Assembly: GCA_005888315.1 (NCBI GenBank)
Contig: VAWH01000022.1
Span: 869 to 64,868 of the forward strand
Reading direction: 5' to 3'
DNA: 64,000 nt
Source of the DNA: Actinomycetota bacterium
Lineage (GTDB): Bacteria; Actinomycetota; Thermoleophilia; Gaiellales; Gaiellaceae
Shown: piece by piece, positions 48,537 to 57,672 of the stretch
How positions within the stretch are numbered: the stretch's first letter is position 1
Layout of the letters: every line of letters starts with the position of its first letter
Made by a program: the position numbers and the translations under genes
Notes under the pieces: generated by a model
Told to the model about the DNA's origin: nothing
What the model saw: only the letters and a program-made list of their open reading frames with translations
The model's database searches: none

Positions 48537-49070
48537 CTAGCCTCCGCCGTCCAGTTCGCCGCCGTAAGGGATCTCGACCGGATCACCGAACCGAGCGTAG
48601 GCCTCCTTCGGATCCGATGTCTCCTGCTCGACACCGGCATCGTGTTTCAGCGCGACGTCCTCGCGCGGGTAAACGATGCCCTCGCCACCACGACGGCCGA
48701 GCGCGAGCAACCCGCACGGCCCCTCGCCGGCTCCGACGAACACGTGGTTCGTCCACGGTGGGCAGTGCACGAAGTCCCAGGCCTTCAGCCTCCGCTCCTC
48801 GCCCTCGACGAGCAAGAGGCACTCGCCGAAGAGGACGAGGAAGTTTTCCTCGACGTCCTCGCGGTGGTACATGCAGTTCGGCTCGCCGGCTCGGAGGATG
48901 CCGATGTTGACGCCGATTTCCTTGAAACGCGCATCGCCTTCGAACGTCGTCCACGAGCCAAAAGCCTCGTGCTGCTGCCAGCGCGCCTCCTTCGCGTTGA
49001 CGACGAACCAGCCCTCGCCCTTGGGGACGAGGCCGAACTCGCCGCGCTCCAGCGGTGCCTCCGAAACCAT
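48537..49070 (-). CDS. Cupin domain protein
   Basis: The ATG at 49070 gives MVSEAPLERGEF.... Cupin motifs MYHREDVEENFLVLFGE and VHCPPWTNHVF. It begins 2 nt after the M20 stop. Confidence 0.7.
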   Translation of the reverse strand: MVSEAPLERGEFGLVPKGEGWFVVNAKEARWQQHEAFGSWTTFEGDARFKEIGVNIGILRAGEPNCMYHREDVEENFLVLFGECLLLVEGEERRLKAWDFVHCPPWTNHVFVGAGEGPCGLLALGRRGGEGIVYPREDVALKHDAGVEQETSDPKEAYARFGDPVEIPYGGELDGGG

Positions 49071-49072
49071 GG

Positions 49073-50374
49073 TCAACCTCCGATCTGTTTCGCAACGTGT
49101 CGCAGGAAGCGGACGCCGAGCTCGAGGTCTTCGACCGCGATCCGCTCGTCTGCGGAATGGACGAGCCGGGCGGCGAGCTCCGGGTCCATCGTCCGGATGG
49201 GAAAGAAGCCGTACGCGACCGTCCCGAACGCCTCGCGCAGCCAGTGGCTGTCGGTGAAGCCGGCGAGGCAAAGCGGTGCGACCCTCGCCTCCGGCTCCTC
49301 CGCCGCCACGAAACTCTCGATCGCCGCCCACAGCGGCGTCTCGAGGGGCGACCGCGTGCCGCCCTGGCCCTCGATCCACTCGAGCTCGTAGTCGCCCGGG
49401 CCGAGGACCGCCCGGATAACGGTCTCCGCCTCGTCCTGCGTCTGGCCCGGCAACAGCCGGCAGTCGCAGATCACCCGGCAGAGCGCCGGAATCACATTTT
49501 GTTTCTGCGAGGCCGAGACGATCGTGGGCGAGAGGGTCAGCCCCAGGAGCGGCTCGACCAGCTCGCCGGCGAGCGGGTGGACGCCGCGCGCGACCTCGAG
49601 CGCGTCGTCCGCACCGACGTCACGGCCGACGAGCAGCCGCAGGAAAGCCGCCACTTCCGGCTCGAGGCGCGGCTCCGGCCGGAATTCGGCGAGGCGCAGG
49701 ATCAGCGCTGCCGCCCTGACGAGCGCGTTGTCGGCGATCCCCGGCATCGAGGCGTGCCCGCTGCGGCCGTGCACGCGCAGGTGGAACGGCGAGCTCATCT
49801 TCTCGGCCGCTGAGCAGAGGTAGAAGATGCGCCCGCTGCCGAAGTCGATCCGGTCGCCGGCGCCCTCGTTGACGCAGTACTCGGCCCGGACGGTGTCGGG
49901 ATGCTCGCGGCAGAGCCAGGAGAGGCCGAAGTCCTCGCCGACCTCCTCGTCGGCTGTGGCGGCGAAGATCAGGTCGCCGTTCGGCTCGAAGCCCTCGCGC
50001 GCGAGTGACGCGATCGCGACCGCGTTCGCCGCGACCTGCCCCTTCATGTCGAGCGCGCCGCGCCCCCAGACCTCGCCTTCCTTGAGCTCGCCCGACCAGG
50101 GATCGAGCTGCCACTCGGCGGCGTCCGCGAGCACCGTGTCGGTATGCGAGAGCAGCACCAGGCGCGGGCCCTCGCCCCGGCCGGGAATCCGGGCGACGAG
50201 GTTGGCGCGCTCGGGCACCTTTGCGTAGAGCTCGGCCTCGATCCCGCTCTCGGCCAGGTAATCGCGTAGCAGCTCCGCCGCCACGGTCTCGTTGCCCGGC
50301 GGGTTGACCGTGTCGAGACGGATCAGCCGCTGCAGGAGGTCGGTGGCCTCCTCTCGCAGTGTGATCGTCGCCAT
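49073..50374 (-). CDS. M20 family metallopeptidase/amidohydrolase (ArgE/DapE/CPG2-like)
   Basis: LLSHTDTV, GRGALDMKG and ADEEVG motifs. Confidence 0.85.
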   Translation of the reverse strand: MATITLREEATDLLQRLIRLDTVNPPGNETVAAELLRDYLAESGIEAELYAKVPERANLVARIPGRGEGPRLVLLSHTDTVLADAAEWQLDPWSGELKEGEVWGRGALDMKGQVAANAVAIASLAREGFEPNGDLIFAATADEEVGEDFGLSWLCREHPDTVRAEYCVNEGAGDRIDFGSGRIFYLCSAAEKMSSPFHLRVHGRSGHASMPGIADNALVRAAALILRLAEFRPEPRLEPEVAAFLRLLVGRDVGADDALEVARGVHPLAGELVEPLLGLTLSPTIVSASQKQNVIPALCRVICDCRLLPGQTQDEAETVIRAVLGPGDYELEWIEGQGGTRSPLETPLWAAIESFVAAEEPEARVAPLCLAGFTDSHWLREAFGTVAYGFFPIRTMDPELAARLVHSADERIAVEDLELGVRFLRHVAKQIGG

Positions 50375-51138
50375 CAGCGCCGGCGGCCGAGCACCAGCAG
50401 GTAACGGCGCGGCTCGCTGACGGCGCCATTCGCGCGGAAGCCTTCCCAGTACTCGATCATCTCCGCCCGAAACTCATTGCGCCGTCCAGGCTCGAGCGCG
50501 TCCGCCAAGGCCTTGACCGGCGGAGCGCCGGAGCTCATCAGCTCCCAGACCGCGTCCGGCGACTCACCCTCGAGGTGCCAGACACGCTCCTCGATCTCGA
50601 GTTCAAACCAGGCCTCGAGCAGCTCCGAGACGCTGCCCCGTGTCCCCCAGCGCTCCGTGGGATCCTCGCCAGCGTCATCGATAAAACGCGAGTAGATGCT
50701 GTGCAGCCCTTCGGACGGCAGCCAGGCGGTGATGCCTAGGCGGCTGCCGCGCGCGCAGACCCGGGCCAACTCCGCAGCCGCGACGTCGGGGTCCGGAGCG
50801 AAGATGACGCCGAAATTCGAGGCGACGGCGTCGAACGATCCGTTTTCATAGGGCAGCTCTTGGGCGTTTCCCTCGATCCAGTCGATCGCGAGGCCTTCCG
50901 TGGCGGCCTTCGCGCGCGCCTGCTCGAGCAGAGCGGGAGCGAGGTCGAGAGCGCTGACGGCCGCGCCTGCGCGCGCGGCGCGGAGCGCGACCTCGCCCGT
51001 CCCGGTCGCGACGTCGAGGAAGCGTTCGCCGTGGCGCGGAGCGAGCGCGGAGACGAGCTCATCATGGATCGGCGCAAACCGTTCGGCGATCCGCTCGTAG
51101 TCCGCACCGCCCCACATCGCGGCGGCCTCGCTACTCAT
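50374..51138 (-). CDS. Class I SAM-dependent methyltransferase
   Basis: Motif I FLDVATGTGEVAL. Its stop overlaps the M20 start by 1 nt. Confidence 0.85.
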   Translation of the reverse strand: MSSEAAAMWGGADYERIAERFAPIHDELVSALAPRHGERFLDVATGTGEVALRAARAGAAVSALDLAPALLEQARAKAATEGLAIDWIEGNAQELPYENGSFDAVASNFGVIFAPDPDVAAAELARVCARGSRLGITAWLPSEGLHSIYSRFIDDAGEDPTERWGTRGSVSELLEAWFELEIEERVWHLEGESPDAVWELMSSGAPPVKALADALEPGRRNEFRAEMIEYWEGFRANGAVSEPRRYLLVLGRRR

Positions 51139-51141
51139 GCG

Positions 51142-51855
51142 CTACGTGTCCTCCGCTGAGCCCGCGAGCTCGGTCAGCCGGTTGCGGGCGTCCCAGAGCT
51201 CCGGGAAGAACTTCTGCTTGATCAGTCCGCCCAGCAGCTCGACCGGCGTGCCCTGGGTGCCGATCACCTCGTCGCCGATGATCCGCGAGACCACCTTGTA
51301 GTGGCGCATGCGCCACAGCGTCAGCCGCTCGTCCCATTCGATCAGGCATTCTCCGAGCTGGTAGAGCTCCTCGTGCTCCCGGCCCTGGACGTAGAGATCG
51401 ACGACGCTGAGCCCGCGCTCGCGCAGTAGCGCGGAGAACACCTGCCCGAGCGCGGGGGTCACCCGCCGGATCTCGCGGAAGCCGGGCGAGTCGAAGCCGC
51501 TGCCGTGACCGAGCTTCTTCCGGATCACCTGGTACTCCCACGGAGACATCTGCTCGAGCATGTCGAGCTGGCCGGTGGCGAACTGCAGACAGAGCAGGGC
51601 GCGACGCAGCAGGCGGATCGCCGCGCCGAGCTGAGCATCCTCGAGCAGCGTCGTTGCCTCCTCGACTTCGTGCCAGGCGAGCTTCAGCCACAGCTCCGAG
51701 GACTGGTGGACGGTCGTGAAGAGGAGCTCGTCGCGGTGAGCCGACTTCTCGGGCTCCGGCTGCAGCGAGAGCAGCTCGTCGGTGCGCAGGTAGCGCTCGT
51801 AGTCGCTCGCACCGGGGCCGGGAAGGATCGGCTCGGACAGGTCGTCGACTGCCAC
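51142..51855 (-). CDS. kynA: Tryptophan 2,3-dioxygenase family protein
   Basis: GTG at 51855. YERYLRTDELLSLQ, HRDELLFTTVHQSSELWLKL, GSGFDSPGFREI, WRMRHYKVVSRIIG and FFPELW match TDO family blocks. Confidence 0.8.
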   Translation of the reverse strand: MAVDDLSEPILPGPGASDYERYLRTDELLSLQPEPEKSAHRDELLFTTVHQSSELWLKLAWHEVEEATTLLEDAQLGAAIRLLRRALLCLQFATGQLDMLEQMSPWEYQVIRKKLGHGSGFDSPGFREIRRVTPALGQVFSALLRERGLSVVDLYVQGREHEELYQLGECLIEWDERLTLWRMRHYKVVSRIIGDEVIGTQGTPVELLGGLIKQKFFPELWDARNRLTELAGSAEDT

Positions 51856-51875
51856 GGGGGCAGCATACTTCGGGC

Positions 51876-53144
51876 ATGAGCGACCTCTTTTCGGACGCGG
51901 CGGCGGCGCGGCTCTCGGACGTGGCACCGCTGGCCATTCGCCTGCGGCCCTCGACGCTGGACGAGTTCGTGGGGCAGGAGCAGGTGCTCGGCGAGGGCTC
52001 GGCGCTTCGGCTGGCGATCGCCGAGGACCGCGTCGGCTCGATGATCCTCTACGGCCCACCGGGAAGCGGTAAGACGACCCTCGCCCGGATCGTCGCCAAC
52101 ACGACGGGCGCGCACTTCGAGGAGCTCTCCGCGGTGTCGGCCACGGTCAAGGACGTGCGCGAGGTGCTGGCGGCCGCGCGCGAGCGGCTCGGCGCCAGCG
52201 GCCAGCGGACGATCCTCTTCCTCGACGAGATCCATCGCTTCAACAAGGCTCAGCAGGACGCGCTGCTGCCCGCGGTCGAGGAGGGCCTCGTGACGCTGAT
52301 CGGGGCGACCACGGAGAACCCGTACTTCGAGGTCAACTCGGCCCTGCTCTCGCGCGCGCAGATCTACGAGCTGGAGCCGTTGAGCGAGCAGGAGCTGGAG
52401 GAGATCGCGCGGCGGGGAGCGGCCGCGCTCGGCGTCGAGGTGCCCGAGGAGCTCGTCTCGCTGATCGCCCGCCGCGCCGGCGGCGACGCACGAAACGCCT
52501 ACAACATCCTCGAGCTCGCGTCCCAAACGGCCGCGGCCCGGGACCAGGTCCCGACGGAGGACGACATCGAGGACGCCGCCCGCAAGCGCCCGCTGGTCTA
52601 CGACAAGGGCGGCGACGCCCACTACGACTTCATCTCGGCCTTCATCAAGTCGATGCGCGGCTCGGATCCCGACGCCTCCGTCTACTACCTGGCCGCGATG
52701 CTCGAGGGCGGCGAGGACCCGCGCTTCATCGCGCGGCGGATGATCGTGCTCGCGTCCGAGGACATCGGCAACGCCGATCCGCGCGCACTGGAAGTGGCGG
52801 TCGCCGCGGCGCATGCGGTCGAGCACGTCGGCCTGCCCGAGGCACGGCTCAACCTCTCGCAGGCGGCGATCTACCTCGCCCGCGCTCCGAAGTCGAACGC
52901 GAGCTACGTCGCGATCAAGGAGGCGACGCGAGACGTGCGCGAGCACGGCCACCTGCGTCCCCCAGACGAGCTCCGGGACGCGCACTACTACGGCGCCAAG
53001 AAGCTCGGCCGGGGGCAGGACTACATCTACCCTCACAGCGACCCGGCAGGGTTTGACGTGGACTATCTGCCGGAACAGTTGCGGGGTCGGAAGTACTACC
53101 GGCCAAGCGGATCAGGCGAGGAGGAGGCGGAGAATGGCAATTGA
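51876..53144 (+). CDS. rarA: Replication-associated recombination protein A (AAA+ ATPase)
   Basis: [21 protein letters not shown] and MgsA C-terminal domain motifs ([19 protein letters not shown]). Confidence 0.9.
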   Translation: MSDLFSDAAAARLSDVAPLAIRLRPSTLDEFVGQEQVLGEGSALRLAIAEDRVGSMILYGPPGSGKTTLARIVANTTGAHFEELSAVSATVKDVREVLAAARERLGASGQRTILFLDEIHRFNKAQQDALLPAVEEGLVTLIGATTENPYFEVNSALLSRAQIYELEPLSEQELEEIARRGAAALGVEVPEELVSLIARRAGGDARNAYNILELASQTAAARDQVPTEDDIEDAARKRPLVYDKGGDAHYDFISAFIKSMRGSDPDASVYYLAAMLEGGEDPRFIARRMIVLASEDIGNADPRALEVAVAAAHAVEHVGLPEARLNLSQAAIYLARAPKSNASYVAIKEATRDVREHGHLRPPDELRDAHYYGAKKLGRGQDYIYPHSDPAGFDVDYLPEQLRGRKYYRPSGSGEEEAENGN

Positions 53145-53577
53145 ACGAAGCGCGCGGGCGACGTGGACCGGCGACCTGAAGAGCGGGCAGGGCGAGTTCG
53201 ACCTCGAGTCGAGCCACGCCGTCGAGCACGAGCAGGTCACGTTCTCCTCCCGGTTCGAGCAGCCGGGCGGCAAGACGAGTCCCGAGGAGTTGATCGCCGC
53301 AGCCCATGCGACCTGCTTCTCGATGGCGCTCTCGAACGGCCTCGCGCAGGCCGGCCATGCGCCGACGAAGCTGGAGACGGACGCTCAGGTTACGCTCGAC
53401 AACGCCGACGGCGGCTTCTCGATCACCGCGATCCATCTCAGCGTGCACGGCGAGGTCGACGGGCTCGACGAGGCCGGGTTCAAGCAGGCCGCCGAGGAGG
53501 CGAAGCAGAACTGCCCGGTCTCGAAGGCGCTCGCGGCCGTGCCGGAGATCACGCTCGACGCTTCGCTCGCTTCGTAG
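53134..53577 (+). CDS. osmC: OsmC family peroxiredoxin
   Basis: The ATG at 53134 follows GAGGAGGAGG. The two conserved Cys are present (HATCFSMAL, NCPVSKAL). Confidence 0.9.
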   Translation: MAIERSARATWTGDLKSGQGEFDLESSHAVEHEQVTFSSRFEQPGGKTSPEELIAAAHATCFSMALSNGLAQAGHAPTKLETDAQVTLDNADGGFSITAIHLSVHGEVDGLDEAGFKQAAEEAKQNCPVSKALAAVPEITLDASLAS

Positions 53578-53580
53578 CCG

Positions 53581-54267
53581 CTAAGGGTCGCGGCCGTGCA
53601 GGAGCCGCTGCGCGACGCGCTCGCCCCAGTCGTAGGCGCGCATCTTGGCGACCGCCGGCGTGACGTCGTAGGCAGTGCGCCGCAGCTCCAGGTCGCCCTC
53701 CTCGCGGCGAATCGCCCACCCCGCGCGGGGATCGCCGTCGAGCGGCATCCCGACGCTGCCCGGATTGACGAGGTCGGTCTCGGCGGGGCCGCCGCGGCGA
53801 AACTGGAGGTGGCTATGGCCGAAGACGACCTGCCGCTCCTTCACCCCTGCGAGGAGGCGTAGGTCCTCCTCGGCGGGCACGGGCGGGAAGCTCTCGACAT
53901 CGGAGAGCGGCGAGCCGTGGCAGTAGAACGCATCCTCGCGCTCGGCGAGCGTCGGCAGGCCGACAAGCGCGTCGACGTCCTGCGCGGGAAGCTCCGCAAT
54001 CGCCGAGGCGAGCGCCGCGAAGATGAACGCGCGCTGTTCCGCCGCCATCTCCGTCGGCGGATCGACGAGCCAGCGCTCGCCGTTGCCGCGCAGCCAGGTC
54101 GCGGGCTCGAGCTGCCGGAGCCGCGCCAGCGTCTCGACCGGCCACGGCCCGAAAGCGCAGTAGTCACCACCGAGCAACCACTCGTCGATGCCTTCGCCCT
54201 CGGCCTCGGCGAGAACGGCCTCGAGCGCCGGCAGGTTGCCGTGAACGTCGTAGAGGATCCCGAGCAT
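53581..54267 (-). CDS. Metallophosphoesterase (YfcE/MJ0936-like), paralogue 1
   Basis: The internal ATG of ORF 53581..55029 gives MLGILYDVHGNL...GGDY...GNGE...HGSP...GHSH...NPGSVG. Confidence 0.8.
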   Translation of the reverse strand: MLGILYDVHGNLPALEAVLAEAEGEGIDEWLLGGDYCAFGPWPVETLARLRQLEPATWLRGNGERWLVDPPTEMAAEQRAFIFAALASAIAELPAQDVDALVGLPTLAEREDAFYCHGSPLSDVESFPPVPAEEDLRLLAGVKERQVVFGHSHLQFRRGGPAETDLVNPGSVGMPLDGDPRAGWAIRREEGDLELRRTAYDVTPAVAKMRAYDWGERVAQRLLHGRDP

Positions 54268-54280
54268 CAGTGTCCCGTCA

Positions 54281-54949
54281 CTAATCGGAGCCCTGCTCGA
54301 TCCGCCGGGCAGCAAACTCGCCGAAGCCGCCGCCCATGGCGCGGTACGCGGCGGCGGCGCGCTCGACGTCGTATTCGACCCGCCTGAAGGCGAAGTCGCC
54401 GTCCCGGGTCGCCCAGGCCGCGCGCCGGTCACCGTCGAGCGGCATCCCGACGCTGCCCGGGTTGACGAGGTCGGTGCCGTTCGGACCGGGACGGCGGAAC
54501 TGGAGGTGGCTGTGCCCGAAGACAACCGTCCGCTCGCGGACGCCGGCGAGGAGGCGCTCCTCCCCCTGGTGCGGCTCGGCCGCGAAGCTATCGTCGTCGG
54601 CAAGCGGCGAGCCGTGCACGTAGAGGATGCCGTCGAGCTCGGCTCGCGGCGGCAGGTTGAAGAGCCATTCCACCTCCTCCGCGGAAATCTGGTCCCGGAA
54701 CCGCCCGTACGTCTCGCGCACCTCCGGCCGATCCTCGGGCGGCTCGAGCAGCCAGCGCTCACCGTTGCCGCGGATCCACGTCGCGTCCGGCAACTCGCGC
54801 AGACGCGCGAGTGTCTCGAGCGGGTGCGGCCTCGGGGTCCCGTAGTCGCCGCCCAGCAGCCAGCGGTCGACGTCCACGGCCTCCGCGTCGGCGAGCACCG
54901 CCTCGAGCGCATCCAGGTTGCCGTGGATGTCGTAGAGGATTCCGAGCAA
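54281..54949 (-). CDS. Metallophosphoesterase (YfcE/MJ0936-like), paralogue 2
   Basis: MLGILYDIHGNL...GGDY...GNGE...HGSP...GHSH...NPGSVG. It aligns along its whole length with paralogue 1. Confidence 0.85.
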   Translation of the reverse strand: MLGILYDIHGNLDALEAVLADAEAVDVDRWLLGGDYGTPRPHPLETLARLRELPDATWIRGNGERWLLEPPEDRPEVRETYGRFRDQISAEEVEWLFNLPPRAELDGILYVHGSPLADDDSFAAEPHQGEERLLAGVRERTVVFGHSHLQFRRPGPNGTDLVNPGSVGMPLDGDRRAAWATRDGDFAFRRVEYDVERAAAAYRAMGGGFGEFAARRIEQGSD

Positions 54950-54969
54950 GCCCTATTAGTCTCCCGCCG

Positions 54970-56739
54970 TTGAAGATCGTTTGCCTCATCAAGCAGATCC
55001 CGCGCCCCGACGCGATCGAGTTCGACCAAGAGACGAAATCGCTGAAGCGCGAGGGCGTGCCCTTGATCCTGAATCCGTTCGACGCGCGCGCGGTCGCCGA
55101 GGCGGTGCGGCTGCGCGAGGTGGTCGGCGGAGAGGTGATCGCGATGACGATGGGCCCGCCGCAGGCCGAGGAGGCGCTACGCGAATGCCTCGCCCTCGGC
55201 GCCGACCGCTGCATCCACCTCTCCGACCGCGTCTTCGCGCTCGCCGACACGATCGGTACCTCCCGGACGCTGGCGATGGCAATCGAAAAGGAGGGCTGCG
55301 AGCTCGTCCTCTGCGGGCTCAAGACGCTCGACGCGGAGACCTGGCAGGTGCCGCCCGAGGCGGCCGCGTTTCTCGGGCGCCCGCACGTGACGAACTCGAC
55401 CGGGCTTGCGCTCGAGAGCGACCGCATACAGGTCCGCCGCGAGACCGACGACGGCGAGGAGACGGTCGAGGTGCCGCTCCCGGCCGTCGTGTCGGTCGCG
55501 CGGAGCGACCGCGAGCCGCAGGTCGCAGCGCCAGGAGACGGCCGCATCGACGTCTGGGCTGCGACCGATCTCGTCGACGAGGTGCGCGAGTACGACAAAC
55601 GCTTCGGCCAGACCGGCTCGCCCACGCGCGTCCTCGCCGTACGGGACGTCACGCCCGAGCGGGCCGGTGAGCGGATCGAGTCCGTCGAGACGGCGGCCTC
55701 GCGAGTCCGCGAGCTGGCGGAGGAGCGGCCGGCCGGAGAGACCGCCTGGGAGAAGCCCGGCCATTTGGGCGAGGAGCCCGGCGCGTCGTACGACTGCTGG
55801 ACGTTCGTCGAGACCGTCGGCGGCCGCGCGACGCGAGCCTCTCTCGAGCTGCTCGCGAAAGGACGTGAGCTCTCGGGGAAGCTCGGCGGCTCCAACGTCG
55901 CGCTCGTCGTCGGCCACGACGTCGCACCCGCCGTCGAAGACGTCTCGCGCCACGGAGCGGAGATCGTCCAGATCGCCGAGCACGAGGCCCTGCGGGACTA
56001 CGTGCCCGAGCGCTGGGTCGCCGCCGTCCGCTCGATCGTCGAGCGTGAGCGCCCGCACGTGCTCCTGTTTCCGGCCACCTTGCGCGGCCGCGATCTCGGG
56101 CCGCGCGTCGCGGGCGAGCTCGAGCTCGGAATGACCGCCGACTGCGTCGACCTCGGCATCGACCGAGCCGGCCGGCTGATCCAGCACAAGCCCGCCTACG
56201 GAGGCAACATCGTCTCGGTGATCATGGGCGCAACGACGCCGCAGCTGGCGACCGTCCGTCCCCGGATGTTCGAGCCGCTCCAACCTCGGGACGCAGGCGC
56301 CGACGTCCGACGGATCGAGCTGCAGGCGCTGCCCGAGGGAACAACCCGGATCCTGGAGCGCGCTGAGGCCGACCCGCCGCCGAGGCGGCTCGACGAGGCC
56401 GACATCGTCGTAGCCGTCGGTGCAGGCGTCGATCCGGCGGCGATTCAGGAGGCGACGCAACGTGCGGGCGCCGAAATCGGAGGCGATCGAGCGGCCTGCG
56501 CGGCGGGCCGCGTGCCGTGGGGTGCCGAGATCGGCCTGCAGGGCCGTTCCGTCGCGCCGCGGGTCTATCTCGCAATCGAGACGACGCCCGGGTTCGAGCA
56601 CCTGACGGGCTCGGTCAAGGCAGGAGTGATCGCCGCGATCGCGTCAGACGCCGGCTCGCCGCTGCTCGCGGCCGCCGACGTCGCCCTCGTCGGCGACTGG
56701 CGCGAGCTGGCGCCGGCGCTACTTACCGCGCTGAGCTAG
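54970..56739 (+). CDS. Fused electron transfer flavoprotein beta-alpha (EtfB-EtfA) polypeptide
   Basis: The TTG at 54970 gives (M)KIVCLIKQIPRPD..., an EtfB N-terminus. After a linker comes an EtfA-like half (…VETVGGRATRASLELL…ATVRPRMF…VVAVGAGV…VALVGDW). One uninterrupted frame. Confidence 0.8.
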   Translation: MKIVCLIKQIPRPDAIEFDQETKSLKREGVPLILNPFDARAVAEAVRLREVVGGEVIAMTMGPPQAEEALRECLALGADRCIHLSDRVFALADTIGTSRTLAMAIEKEGCELVLCGLKTLDAETWQVPPEAAAFLGRPHVTNSTGLALESDRIQVRRETDDGEETVEVPLPAVVSVARSDREPQVAAPGDGRIDVWAATDLVDEVREYDKRFGQTGSPTRVLAVRDVTPERAGERIESVETAASRVRELAEERPAGETAWEKPGHLGEEPGASYDCWTFVETVGGRATRASLELLAKGRELSGKLGGSNVALVVGHDVAPAVEDVSRHGAEIVQIAEHEALRDYVPERWVAAVRSIVERERPHVLLFPATLRGRDLGPRVAGELELGMTADCVDLGIDRAGRLIQHKPAYGGNIVSVIMGATTPQLATVRPRMFEPLQPRDAGADVRRIELQALPEGTTRILERAEADPPPRRLDEADIVVAVGAGVDPAAIQEATQRAGAEIGGDRAACAAGRVPWGAEIGLQGRSVAPRVYLAIETTPGFEHLTGSVKAGVIAAIASDAGSPLLAAADVALVGDWRELAPALLTALS

Positions 56740-57647
56740 AGAATCCGCGCGCCGAGCGCACTCGCAACCAGCTCGACGGCGAGCTTTGCGGTCTCGTTCT
56801 CGCGGTCCAGGATCGGATTCACCTCCACGACCTCGAGCGAGCCGGCGAGACCGGACTCCGCGACCAGCTCCATAGCCAGATGCGCCTCGCGGTACGAGAG
56901 GCCGCCGCGGACCGGCGTACCGACGCCCGGAGCGATGTCCGGCTCGAGCGCATCCATGTCGAGGCTGACGTGCACGAAGCCGGGGCCTGCGACCCGTGCA
57001 AGCGCCTGACGGATGACGCGCTCGACGCCGAGCCTGTCGACGTCGCTCATCGTGTAGACCTCGGCGCCGAGCTCAGAGATCAGGCTCACCTCCGCGGGGT
57101 CGAGCGAGCGAACTCCCACCAGCGCGACCCGCTCGGGTGTGACCGCAGGAAGCCTCCAGGCCTCGCTCTCGAACTCGGACCCTGCGAGGCCGAGCGCCGC
57201 CGCCAGCGGCATGCCGTGGACGTTCCCCGTCGGCGAGGTCTCCGGCCGATTCAGGTCGCCGTGCGCGTCGATCCAAAGCACACCGCCCGGCTCGTGAGCG
57301 CCGGCCAGTCCGCCGAGCGTCCCGATCGCGACCGAGTGGTCGCCGCCCAGCACGAGCGGCTGCAGACCCTCCTCGACCGCGCGCGCGACGAGCTGCGCCA
57401 CCCGCTCGCACGCCTGCTTGATCGGCGTCAGAAAGCGAACACGCTCGCTGCCCACGGCCGTCGCTTCGGGAACAGCCCCCTCGACGTTCCCCCAGTCGAA
57501 CACCGGCCTGCCGAGACCCTCGATCCGCGGCGCGAGCCCGGCGTACCGGATCGCCGAGGGGCCCATGTCGACGCCGCGCCGGCCGGCCCCGAGGTCGAGG
57601 CTCGCGCCGATCAGGGCGATCGGCCGGCCGTCCGCTTGCCCGCGCAC
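56736..57647 (-). CDS. rocF: Arginase
   Basis: [34 protein letters not shown] and SLDMDALEP (ureohydrolase Mn sites; the SPxGNxHGMPL block is arginase-type). Confidence 0.85.
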   Translation of the reverse strand: MRGQADGRPIALIGASLDLGAGRRGVDMGPSAIRYAGLAPRIEGLGRPVFDWGNVEGAVPEATAVGSERVRFLTPIKQACERVAQLVARAVEEGLQPLVLGGDHSVAIGTLGGLAGAHEPGGVLWIDAHGDLNRPETSPTGNVHGMPLAAALGLAGSEFESEAWRLPAVTPERVALVGVRSLDPAEVSLISELGAEVYTMSDVDRLGVERVIRQALARVAGPGFVHVSLDMDALEPDIAPGVGTPVRGGLSYREAHLAMELVAESGLAGSLEVVEVNPILDRENETAKLAVELVASALGARIL

Positions 57648-57672
57648 CCAGCGGAAACTACCCTTGCTTGGA

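Noticed and set aside
53581-55029. 482-aa ORF suggesting a single large phosphoesterase.
   Set aside because: Its N-terminal half is a shadow frame over the separate 222-aa paralogue at 54281..54949. The real product is the C-terminal 228 aa, starting from MLGILYDVHGNL.
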